Source: the human T2T-CHM13v2.0 reference genome, Homo sapiens. From it: a DNA stretch of 64,000 nt. The notes under the pieces are model-generated. The model worked only from the letters and a program-made list of their open reading frames with translations. It had not been told where the DNA came from and did not search any database. Both the position numbers and the translations under genes were made by a program. The number at the start of each line of letters is the position of its first letter. Positions within the stretch are counted from its first letter, which is position 1. The stretch lies in assembly GCF_009914755.1 (NCBI RefSeq), contig NC_060942.1; one strand, written 5' to 3'. Positions 34,336-46,650 of the stretch are shown here, piece after piece.

Positions 34336-36638
34336 GCTCTCATCTAACACGCAGAAGACATCCCCCTGCCCTGCTCACCAGAGGATGGTCATGAGGCCCT
34401 GCTGAGCTCAGGAGGGCAGGCGGCTCTGGGCACCTGGAAGGGCTGCACCATCTGCAAGCCTTGATTCTTTCTAATGACTAATGAGATTGTGAGGGGGAGA
34501 GTTTGCTTTCTTGAGAGAACCAACCATTTTGAAGGGTGGCAACATATTATCTGTTGGTATGTGACTGGCATTGCTAACAACAGAGGAGCCTGTTCTCTGT
34601 TGTTAGAGAACAGAGAACAGAAATATTGCCTCTTAAGGGTGGCAATATTTGGTTACCGTGAAATTCCTTTAACAGAGTGGCACAAGAGAATTTTCTGTCT
34701 CAGAAACCTGCATGCCAGCTCTGGGGCTGCCCTGGACCTCTCCTGCTATTCACCACTCAGTCCGGCAGTCAGTATTCAACAAACTATGCACAAGGGACTG
34801 TGTCAGGAGATGCAGGAAGTAGACTTGATCCTTCAAGAAAAGTACTTCCAAATTAGGGCCTGAGCGGCCCAGCTGTGGAGGGCAGACCATGATGGGGGAT
34901 CGTGGGGTGAGAAGGGATGGGGGCTGGCAGAGGGGGCAGTACATGGTGGAGCAGCAGGAAGAGTTTGCCATGCTGCAGTGTCCTCATGGATGAGGCCACA
35001 GGACACTGAGGTCAGGCTGCACTGCCTCTCTAGGGAAGGGTGGGGAGAAGGATGGAAACATGGGGATGGGAGCTCAGAGGACAGAATGCAAAGCTTCGTT
35101 ACTCAGCTCAAGTGCTCCAGAATTGTATTTTGAAAATCAAGACATAGTCCTCCCACCCACAAGTCTCCAGGGGGTTCTGGGGATGACAAGCACTATGGGG
35201 CTGCTCTGCCAGGAGCAGGTGGTCTGGGAGTGAAGGAAGCAGGTGAAGGCCCCCGCTTGCTAGCTAGTACACCCCAGCTCGTCCCCCCACCTCCCTTCCC
35301 CTACAGCCAGACTCTGCTATCAGGGACACTGTCAGCTGCCCTTTGGATGTCCTGACAGTGGGCTCTGTGCCAGCTGGCCATCTCCACACATCCTGTCCAC
35401 TTCTCACCACCATGTTCCAGTAGAATATGATGAGAGTACTGTTTGATAGATGAGTTAACTGAGGCTCAGACAAGCTAAGAAACTGGTGGAAGCTCCCCCA
35501 GGCAGTAAGTGGCGCAGGTGAGGCTGGACCGGGTATCTCTGGTGGCTGCACCGCCTTCTCTGTTGTGTGACATGGAGTATTACACAGCCCTGGAGTTTCA
35601 TCTTTTGGGTTCTAAGCCTGCAGACTGGGCATTGCCCTCTTCAGGGAAGTTTTTGAAATGTGGTGGCTCTGGTCACCTCCACATGACTGATTTTGCCAGA
35701 AAGTGTCCTTTGTGATCACAAGGATCTGATAAGCTTTTAGGCCTCGAGTGCCTGAGAATGGAAGAGAAGTGGAGGAGGCAGCATGGAGGGGCATGGCTGG
35801 GAGAGGGCTTGATGCTGGGGAATTAAGGGCAGCCTGGTGTCTGGGAGGTGAGTGATGATGGTGCTGAGCTGGGGAGGCCAAAGAAGGTGGCTGGGCTGGA
35901 GGGAATGTTCCCTGCCAGCCCCAACTCTCCTTCCCTGTCCATGCACAGCAGCTGGATGGCCCAGGGCAGTGGAGCCCCCTGAACATGGGTCCCAGGCACC
36001 TCAAGCTTTGTCTGCTGGCTGCATCAGAAAGCTTCATCCACAGGTATATGTGACTATTTTTCAAATGCATCTAGATGCTGTTGTGATTTTAAAAATACAA
36101 ATCCATTTAAAAGCGTTGCTGAATTCAAGGTGGAGTTTTGTCATTTTGCATTCTCTCAAACAATGGATACTCAAAGTAAAACATCTGTCAAGGGGGGCAC
36201 TGATGAATTTTTGATGTTAAAAATGGCTCCTTAACCTTGAGAAGTCTGGAAATGCTGATCCAAGAAGGGCAGCGGGAGCTTGAGCAGGAGAAAGTGCCGC
36301 AGCTGAATTCCAGGCCTAGCGCATCTCACCCACAAGAGCGCACATTACCTATCTAGAGGGAAGGATTGTGGTGGGAGGGAAGCAGGGACCACCCCAGACT
36401 TATAGTTAGTAAACTCACCTCAAACTACAACCTGAGCCCAGTTTCTGCCCTCCTCTGGGCCTAATCTTCAAATTTATCCTTTGATTCGACTAAGATAGTA
36501 ATAACCAAGGGAGTGAAAATGATCGCCTGGAGGCCTAGACTGAGAGCTGTGTCTTCCCCTCTTCTCCTCCTCCTGTCTGTCTTTCTCCATCAGCCTTTTC
36601 AGCCTCCTCTACAACATGATCCATGACAATTTTCAGTT

Positions 36639-36983
<345 letters not shown>

Positions 36984-37626
36984 TGAGGCTGGGAGCTGTG
37001 CATCTTCCCACTGCTGGGAGGCCCTAGTGTGATCCCTGCCTCACAACACAAGCTCAGGAAGCACTGTGAGAATGAATAGTGACTGTAACCCATGTACTCA
37101 AGAGGAGGGTTCATGTCAGAAAGCTCAAGGTTGGGCAGGGAGCCTGGACCTGCATATGCATCTCTTTCTACCCTGCACCCTGGTGTGGTCAGGGTCTGCC
37201 TTCAGCGAAGATAAAATGTGAAACTCACCTTGGATTTAACGGCTGGAGGCTTGCATTTGGTTTCCCACCAGCCCTGTGATTGGGGCAGGGGTTCAGCCTA
37301 GTCTCTCTCCTCAGCTACAGAATGGGATGATCAGGACTGCCGCAGGGCTGACCTGAGGGCCTGGGCATGAGGCCACGGGTTTTTAGAATCCTTTTGATTT
37401 GTAGAATCCTTTCAGCAGCTGCTCACAGGGTGGTTCCCTCTACTCATCAACCTCCTCTGTCCCACCACATTGGGGACATCCCTCTTAAGTCTCCAGGGTC
37501 CACAGCTGTCCCTTAGAACATCTGAGTTTGGCCAACTCTACTATACCCATAATCAGATTCAGCCTCTTTCTAACCCTCGTGGAACTGACCAGTTCCTTGT
37601 CCCAACACAGCAAGGCCTGTGTTCCC

Positions 37627-37975
37627 TGCTGTGGTCTGGATGTGTGTGCCCTCCCAAAATTCACACGCTGAAATTCTAAACCCCAAGGTGATGGTATTAA
37701 GAGGAGGAGCTTTTGTGGGGGTGATTGGATCATCAGGACAGAGCCCTGGTGAATGAGATTAGCACCCTTATAAAAAAAAAGAGGCCTGAGGGAGTTTGTT
37801 CACCTCTTTTCCACCACGTGCAATTACAGCAAGATGTTCTCACCAGATATGGAATCTGCTGGCATCTTAATCTTGGACATTCTGGCCTCCAGAACTGTGA
37901 GAAATCGATTTATATTGTTGATAAGCTACCTGGTTTATGGTATTTTTGTTATAGCAGCCCAAATGGACTACGACA
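37627..37975 (+). mobile_element. MLT1A-like solo LTR
   Basis: tgctgtggtctggatgtgtgtg...ccccaaggtgatggtatta...gttatagcagcccaaatggacta. Confidence 0.85.
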
Positions 37976-38889
37976 CTCCCACTGAACACCTTATCAGTTC
38001 CAGGCACTAATGGTGGATACTGCATCAATTAGTTTTTCATTCCAGTACAGGTACATTTTAACAAGACTGTCCAAAGCCTTAATCCAAAGAAGTGGAGGAT
38101 TGTGGTGACATTTGGGGGCAAGTGGGGGCAGATGTGAGATGGCTCAGGGCAAGGAGACCTTCCTGGGGCCCTTAAATCGCCCCACAGAAGTGCCCACTCA
38201 TTCAGCCTTGGGAAGACTGTGGGTGGAGGGGGTGTCCCAGGAGAACTTCCTCCTGCCTGGCTTTTCTCCCTGACACCGGAAGTGACGCGGGCAGGCCAGG
38301 TACTTAGCACAGTCCCTGGAATGGAGGAAACTTGCTGCGGTTATTAGTGGTGCCTAATGATATTTGCATAGATTAACAGACTTTAATGCAATCAGAATGC
38401 CACAATCCCGAGAAAATAATGAAGAAATCCATTACAAAGTCATAAAGTAACTAAGTCAATACAGTAATAACTTGATCCTGTGTTAGTAATAATTTCATCT
38501 CCCGCTGCAAGGCGATTTTGCAATGTGCACCGTTTCTGGACACTTTTATAAATTTCACCTTTGTTTGATATAATTAATTAACAAAATAAAAAATACACTG
38601 CTGGTATTTTATACAGTAAATTAGTCATTAGTCTAAACTGGCAGGCTGTAATAAAACTTATTATGATGGATGTGCTGGGATTTTTAACTTCTCTTCAAGT
38701 GGCCTGTAACCCTCTCATAGGCAAAACTCAGGGCTGTCTGATGGCAGTGGTTCAGGTGGATAGAAGGACCAGCAGGACCCCACAAAAGGGGGTTGGGGTG
38801 AGAGAGGGGTGGAAGCCTAGATGTGGGCCCACTGGGCTTGTGGAAACCCCTTGGGGACCTGCATCCTCAGCCCAGGCTCCTTCGGGCAC

Positions 38890-39345
38890 AGTCTTAGTTT
38901 CCCAGGGCTGCCATACCAAAATGCCACAAACTGGGTGGCTTAGAGCAACACGGATCTATTCTCTCACGGTTCTGGAGGCTGAAAGTCAGAAATCAAGGTT
39001 TGGACAGGGCCACATTATCTCTAAAGTCTCCAGTGGGGTTCTTTCCTTGCCCCTTCCTAGCTTCTGGTGTTTCCCAGCAATTCTTGGCTTTCTTTAGTTG
39101 TAGCTGCGTCACTCCAGTCTCTGATTCTATCCCTACGTGGTGCTCTCTCTGTATGTTCTGTGTCTGTGTCTAAATTTCTTTCCTCTTCTAAGGATGCCAA
39201 TCATATTGGATTTAGGGCCAGTATGAATCCAGTATGACCTCATTTTAACTTGATTACATTTGCAAATACCCTATTTCCAAATAAGGCCATGTTCACAGGT
39301 TCTGGGTGGATGCAAATTTGGGGAGAAGACTACTTAACCCACTCC
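38890..39345 (-). mobile_element. MLT1B/C-like solo LTR
   Basis: ttagtttcccagggctgccat...ctgggtggctta...ttctggaggc...ccctatttccaaataagg. Confidence 0.85.
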
Positions 39346-40264
39346 AGACACTGTAGGCTGTGAGATCACTGTCCTTATTCCTGCAGGAAGGAAGGGACAG
39401 GCCAAGTCATGCTGAGGTGCAATGACTTCCAGGTGAGTTGCCTAGCAGGGACTGGCTATTAGAAATCTATGGTATCCTAAGAGGTTATCTGATGGGCTAG
39501 AGGGGACTGTGAAGTCTTCGAAATGGTCAGCACCAATTCATGTCTATGGCTATTTCTCCTGGAGAATAGATTCAGAGCTTCCATCAGATTCTCAAAAGAG
39601 CCTGGCACCCCAAAGTGTGCTTATCTCTTTACCACATCAAACATGGGGGTCAGGGAGGAAGGGATCACTAAAACCAACCAACTAGCAAACCAAATAGCCA
39701 ACCACCTGACCCACCAACCACCTGACTGACAACTTCCAGATAAACAATTTCACAAAGTTTCCAGAAATCTTCCAATACCCCCCATCCCAAAAGGAGTGCA
39801 GATTCTGGGGCTTTAGAAGGGAAGCTGTTGAATATCTGTACTTCCACTGTGGCACGGGTGAGGGTGGGGGCAGGCTGGGGGACTCCCACGGTTCTGTGTC
39901 TAGAATGAGAACTTTGCTGGGGAGATGTCTTTGGATTTTGAATGTATTATCCTTCATCTCATCCTCCGGACCAGTTTCAGGTCATCAGCACATTTTAAAA
40001 TCAGCTTCTATGTCTCCCACCTTTGAGAAGTTCTTGATAAAAATGTTCAACAGGAGGGTACCAGAGACAAGGGCCATGGCCATAGATGTCACCAGGAACC
40101 TCCCTTTCTGTCCAGCCAGCTCTGAGTTACCCTGGGCAACTTTGCCATCTGCCCTGAGTAGGTGACAAGATGCCAGCTTAGGTCCTGCTCCTATGCATGG
40201 GTCACCCACTTACCAACACAGACACCCAGCTTCCCTGCTCTGGCTCACCCTGGTGAACCACTGT

Positions 40265-40540
40265 GGTTCCTAAGTCACCATCATTTTCCCCCAAATGCTC
40301 TCAAGCCATCAGTTTGATGAATTTATTCTAGAACTTAGCCAAAATTGCCTTCAAGATCGCCAGCCTGCTAATTTTTAGAATCCAGCCTCTTCACCTTTTA
40401 AAAACTTGGACCTTTGTCCATTTCTTGTCTCCACAGTGTCTCAAGTGACCTGCAGCAGCTCTGTCAGTGGAATACCCGTTTCATTTGTCCACCTGAGGCC
40501 ATGGCTCAATTTGCTCTGTCCTAGAAATACAACCTAATTT
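40265..40540 (-). mobile_element. Possible ancient CR1/L3 fragment
   Basis: Loose resemblance (gtttgatgaatttattctagaa...ttcaagatcgccagcctg) to antisense CR1 ORF2, from memory only. Confidence 0.35.
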
Positions 40541-40856
40541 AGGGGGCCAGATTTGATCTCCTTGACTTGTTTGGATATTAATTCTCTTTTTATGACATTT
40601 ATCAACATTTCCCATCCTGAAGACCAGCCTCTTTGCTAGAGAAGATGGAAGAAATGCAGAAGGTAAACTTCTCTGTTTTCCGCTAGTTTATAGTCTGCTT
40701 TTCAAGTAGATAGAATTGATGGGTCTCGGGCAGGAAGACATGCAATGTGTTGTTTGTCTTTCTGGACCATGTAGGTGAACTGCAATTCTCTTTCTGTCTC
40801 TGGGGCTCTGACTTGAAAGCAGGGAGGAGGCATTTCCCCAAGCTGTGCCTCACCTT

Positions 40857-40875
40857 CCTCCAGGAGGGGGCGCCC
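40857..40875 (+). promoter_or_regulatory. Candidate CTCF site
   Basis: CCAGGAGGGGGCGCC, one mismatch to CCASYAGRGGGCRC. Confidence 0.45.
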
Positions 40876-41882
40876 TGAAAGCACCAGTCCCTGGGCCTCT
40901 CCTGGATGCTGGCTTGGCTTGTCCCAGATCCCTGCCCCTGCCCGAATGAATGAGGAGGGCTGCAAACGTCCCCTTTTCCTCTTATTGTTTTCCTCAAAGA
41001 TGTCATCCAGTGGTCACTGGTGCCAAAGGCCTGGCTGATGCCTGAGAAGCCCAGGTTTGGCAGATCTTGAATCCAGATTGGGATGGTGTGGCTAACAAGC
41101 TGAAAGGATTATGGGTGGCAGGTAGAGAAGGGGTTTGTTTTTGAAATGAGACATAAATTATCCTTGAATTCAGCAGCAGTAGATCTGTGTCAAGTGGTGA
41201 TGAGTCTAAACATACTGGCCCAGGTCAGAGACCACTCCATGCCAAGAGGGCTCAGAGCATGCTGGAGGCAGGGAGGCATCTGGGAAGAAGACAACTTCTA
41301 TTTTTGGAACTCTTGCAATGCACCAGTCATCAGAAATAATATTATTGTTATTGCTACTTTACAGAGGAGGAAATGGAGGCACATAAAGAGGTTAAGAAGT
41401 TCACCTACAATCAAACAGTTAGTAATGGGTAGAATATGATCTGTACTTCACATCCCCATTCGAAATCCTGGTGTGGGCATGGGGAGTCTCCAACATACAG
41501 CATCGGAAGGGAGGCACCCAGGTGAAACCTAGAGTTGATCTTTCCAGCATTGGCGGCGAGAGGAAGAGGAACTGCACTGGGGGTCAGGGCCTGGGTTCAT
41601 CAGCAGGCTGTGTGACCTGTGCCCAATGGTGTCACTTGTGTGGGTCTTCGCTTTCTCTTGCAGATGTGGTAGTGTGAGATTGGTGCATCCCACTCAGCTG
41701 GAGAGGAGCTCTGTGAGGAGCTCTGAAGTCCTCGGCATGTGCAGAGACCCTCAGCCCTGTCCCCTTCCTCTCTGCTATCTCCTTCCTTTCTCCTTGTCCC
41801 CCACAAAAATCCTCATTCCAGTGACTTGGCACACCCATAGGCATCCCTGCCTCTTGGCTTGGCCATTCAACTATCTTTTTGG

Positions 41883-42228
41883 CTTGTTTGTTTCATATTT
41901 TATTTTGAGACAGGGTCTGGCCCTGTCACCCAGGCTGGAGTGCAGTGGCACTTTCATGGCTTACTGCAGCCTCTGCCTTCCAGGCTCAAGCCATCCTCCC
42001 ACCTCAGCTTCCTAAGACTACAGGTGTTACAGAGAGACTATAGCCTCCTGAGACCACAGCTGGCATTACAGGTGCACGCCACCATGCCTGCCTAATTTTT
42101 GTACTTGTTGTAGAAACAGGGTTTTGCCATGTTGCCCCGGCTGACCTTGACCTCTTGGGCTCAAGCAATCCACCTGGCTTGGCCTACCAAAGCACTGGGA
42201 TTACAGGTGTGAGCCACTGCACCTGGCC
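41883..42228 (-). mobile_element. Alu (J-like, with internal insertion)
   Basis: Diverged dimer with about 45 extra nt near 42010-42060. Confidence 0.9.
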
Positions 42229-42247
42229 GGTTTGTTTTTAATGTGTT

Positions 42248-42385
42248 GGGTGACCATATAATTTATTGCCCAAACCAGGACCCTCGGGACCCTCATTGGT
42301 TTGAAAGGGAACACTATTAATAATTAGTCCAGGACAACATGCAACTCCGGCCTTGTCCTGGCACCTTGGGACTTGTGGGCATCCT
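42248..42385. mobile_element. MER94-like hAT element
   Basis: gggtgaccatataatttattgcccaaaccaggac terminus; family assigned from memory. Confidence 0.55.
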
Positions 42386-43274
42386 GGTTTGGCTCTGTTG
42401 CCCTTCCCCTGCTGATGGCAGTCCTCCCCAATCTTGAAACGCTAACAGCCCTGCCTGTTGCTCCAGCCCACACCAGTGCCCTAACTGTGGGCCCCATTGA
42501 TGGTCCAGCATCATTCTATGTCCTCCTGTTTCCTAAAGGAAGCTGTTGAACTGTCAGTCTCAGCTAGGTGGCAGTTCTGGGGCTGGTAAGTTAGCAGTGA
42601 ACAGGAGGATGCCCCTTCACCCCCAAGGGCCAAACCAGGGAGCAGAATCTCCTCTCCAGCCTTTTCCCACCCAGAGGCCTTAACTGGGCCAGGTGAGGAA
42701 CACACCAGACTGAGGCCAGACTGGGCAAGCAGCTCAGGCCTACAACCAGAAATCAACTAGGGAGATGTTGACAGCGAGCAGGGAGAGAAGAGGGGAGCAG
42801 GGGAGATTGAAGGCCAGGCTAGGCATCAGGGGGTGCAGTGAACTGGGAGGCCAGTGGAAAGGCCACTGGAAGGGGTGGAATGGGTATAAGGTTTCTTTCC
42901 CTCCCTTTCCTCTCCCTGGCCCATCACAGTTATAAGCAGATCACCTGCTATCAGTGAAATGTAGCAGGTGGCGAGGGCACCGGGAGGCCACTACCTGCCA
43001 TCTGCCAAGGGGCCTTGAATCCCACCATTAGAGCCTCATCTCTTTGGGGTAAGCATTGCTGTCTTCAGAATTCTGTTTTAAAATGCAAGATCACTTTATC
43101 CAAGCAGTCAGCCTCTCACGCTTTCACATGCATTCCTCATCAGAGCACGGTCCTCCCGCAGCAGCTGGCTCAGAGCCCTTGACAAGGTGCAGGACCACTG
43201 TCCCCAGGAGGAAAGGTCCTCCTAGGCAGCAAACTCTCCTAGCGTTATCTGGGATATGTCATCCTTTCTAGGTC

Positions 43275-43580
43275 TATTTTTTGTTTAAGATAAAATTTAC
43301 AAACAGTGACATGCGTACATCCTAAGGATATAATGTAATAAGTTTTGACAAATGTGGACACCCACACCCCTGTGAAGATATAGAGCATTTCCGTTTCCCC
43401 AGAAGTTCCCTCATGACCCTTTCCAGGCAGGGTCCCCAAAGGCAGGTTCCTCAAAGGCACCCAGTGCTCTGAACGTCTTTCACCACTTTTTGGTTCTGCC
43501 TGTTCTAAAACTTCGTACATTAATCTAGTTGTCTGTGCCTGGCTTCTTTCGCTCGTTGTAATCTCTGTGAGATTCATCGG
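43275..43580 (-). mobile_element. Old L1 (L1M-type) 3' fragment
   Basis: AT-rich aagataaaatttaca...ttttgacaaatg...ccagaagttccctcatg...tggcttctttcgctc. Confidence 0.7.
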
Positions 43581-44123
43581 TGGGGCCTGGGCCATGCAAA
43601 GGCCCAGATGCCAGACCCTGTGCCCTCTGGCCGTCAAGTAGCAGGCTGCCTTCTCCAGGCATTCAGCAGAGACTGTTGGGTGTTTGGGAAGCAGGAGTCC
43701 CTTGGCCAGAGGCGCAGCCACCAATGGTGAACAGTTCTACTATTAACTGTCCTCCTTCTGTGGTCTGCACTGGGCTCAAGGGATCTGCTGGCCTCAGCTC
43801 CACGAATGGGCTAAGGATTAAAGGTGTCTGCTAGAGTTAGGGTGAGAGGCCCAGGAGGCTGGGGTCTCAACCCAGGGCTGCAGGAAGGAGTGATGGCTGA
43901 GCCTTGGGGCCCAGGAATATCTTGAGAGTGTGTATAAAATGGCCCAAGGATCTGCAGATGCTGGTTCTTCCAAGGAGAAGGATCATAGCTTTTCTCACCA
44001 TGACAGCCACCACTCTGGTCCCAGCCATGTCCACCTCTCCTGTGTGACTGCAGTGACCTCCTGACTGTCCTCTGTGTCCACACAGCAGTCAGAATGAGAC
44101 AGTGCATGTCACTGCTCTACTCA

Positions 44124-44480
<357 letters not shown>

Positions 44481-45900
44481 TTAACAACAGTCTACAAGAT
44501 CTGATAGGATCCTCCCCTTCTCTCCTGCTACTCTCCCCTCACTCCCAGTTCCGCTCCAGCCAAGCGGGGCCCGGTCCTGACCAGGAACACTGCTAACATG
44601 CTGTAGTCATGGCTTTCCTTTGGGGTTCTAGCATACTTTCTGCTCTCTTCCCTAGCTTGTAAGTCCCAGTAGGGCAGCGGTCACCTAGCACTTAGCATAG
44701 GGCCTGGCAGGTGGCTGTGCTTGCTAACCTTCTGTGGAACAATTCAATGGAAGAATGAAATGCTGCTTCAGTTCCCCAAAGGGATCTGTGGCCCAGAAAG
44801 GCTAAGAGCAAGTAGGCAGGATCCGAGCAGGCAATGCTGGGCCAGGCAGAGAGGGCTCCTGGGGTGAACTCCCTCCCAGGCCCCCACTCAGTCACCGCAC
44901 CATGGGGGAGGGCACTAAACAGAGGCAGACCAGAAGAGGCACTGCAGCAGGGGCCAGCCTCAGACCATGAGCTAGGCTGGGGGCTCCAGAAGGCAAGACA
45001 TTTGTGTCTCTTAAGCCTACTTGTTGCAAATATTTTCTTGATTTATATGTTGTTTATATGTTGTTTCACTGGCCCACCCCTTAGAAGTGAGGGGAGGAAA
45101 AAGGGATGGCCAGGGCCCAGTCACCTCTGGGCAGGGATGCTCCTGGGAGTGAGGGTCCCAGGGGCCTGGTATGGGGGCCGGGCAGAACTGGGACAGGATG
45201 GGAGCCTTGGGCCACGTGGAACCCTCCCACTCAGAATGTCGGGCTCACAGGGACAAGGGATCCAGGCCAGAGGCCCCAGGAGGAAGGTGTGAGAACCAGG
45301 AGAGGCTGGCACTGCGGGCTCGGCTGTCTCCTGCGGCGTGAGCACTGCTGCCTCTCTCTTCCCTGTGTGTCACTTAATGTTTGCAGTTAAGTATTTACAG
45401 ATATGTTCCCATGGCAACCAAAGCCTCAAAGTTACTCTCACAATTCTGTTTTCTCAAATGTGTTTCTCTGGCTGATTGCACAGGGTTTTCTGGAAGCCAG
45501 CCAGGCTGAGTGAGTCACATTCCCTGCCCTGTGCTCCCATGCTTTTTCCCTTCCCCCTCCAGGGTCCAGCCAGCCAGCATGGTCCCCACCCCCATCTCTC
45601 CCACGCTGAACAGAGCTCCCGGGCCCATACTCCCCAGCTTGGTCAGGTTGTCCCAGGGCCTGGAGTGCAGAGCCACAACCCCCACCATCTAGACCCTCCA
45701 GCTCTCTGGATCATTGCAAGCTTCCCCTTCCAGGAATCCTTCTCCAGCTTCCCTGGCCCATGAGGCAGACCTGAAACTGCCCCCACCCCATGCTTCTTGA
45801 GGTTCCTTAAAGGTGGGGTCTTCCGCCTTCACTTCTGACCCTGGACACCTGGCCTGGGGGCCCCATTCACATAATCCCTGCTGTTGTAGGTGTTCACTGA

Positions 45901-46250
<350 letters not shown>

Positions 46251-46294
46251 TCCAGCACTTTCTTATGGCACTGCCCTGTGGGTCCCTGTCCTGC

Positions 46295-46650
46295 GCATTC
46301 AGCCATTCATTTCCTGAGCTCCTGCTCTGGGCAGGGCACTGTGCAAATTGCCAAGATACAGAGAGGAACAAAGAGTCCCTGTCTGCACGGAGCTCATCTC
46401 TAAGTGACAAGGGGTGGATAATGAATAAGAAACAATCAGGGTAGTGATATATGCCATGAATAAAATAAAACAAGGAAGCAGATGGAGGAGCTGGGGCTGC
46501 ATTAGGTTGGAAGTCAGGACAGGTCGTGGGTAGAGGGACACAGAAGCTGAGACAGGGTGAGCAGCAGTGGCATCTGGGGGTGCCTGGCAGAGGGAGCAGC
46601 TAGTGCAAAGGCCCAGAGCAGGTAAGTTTGAGGAACAGCCATGAGGCCAG
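46295..46650 (-). mobile_element. L2 fragment
   Basis: cattcagccattcattt...gtccctgtc...ggagctca...ggcagagggagcagctagtgcaaaggcc. Confidence 0.65.
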
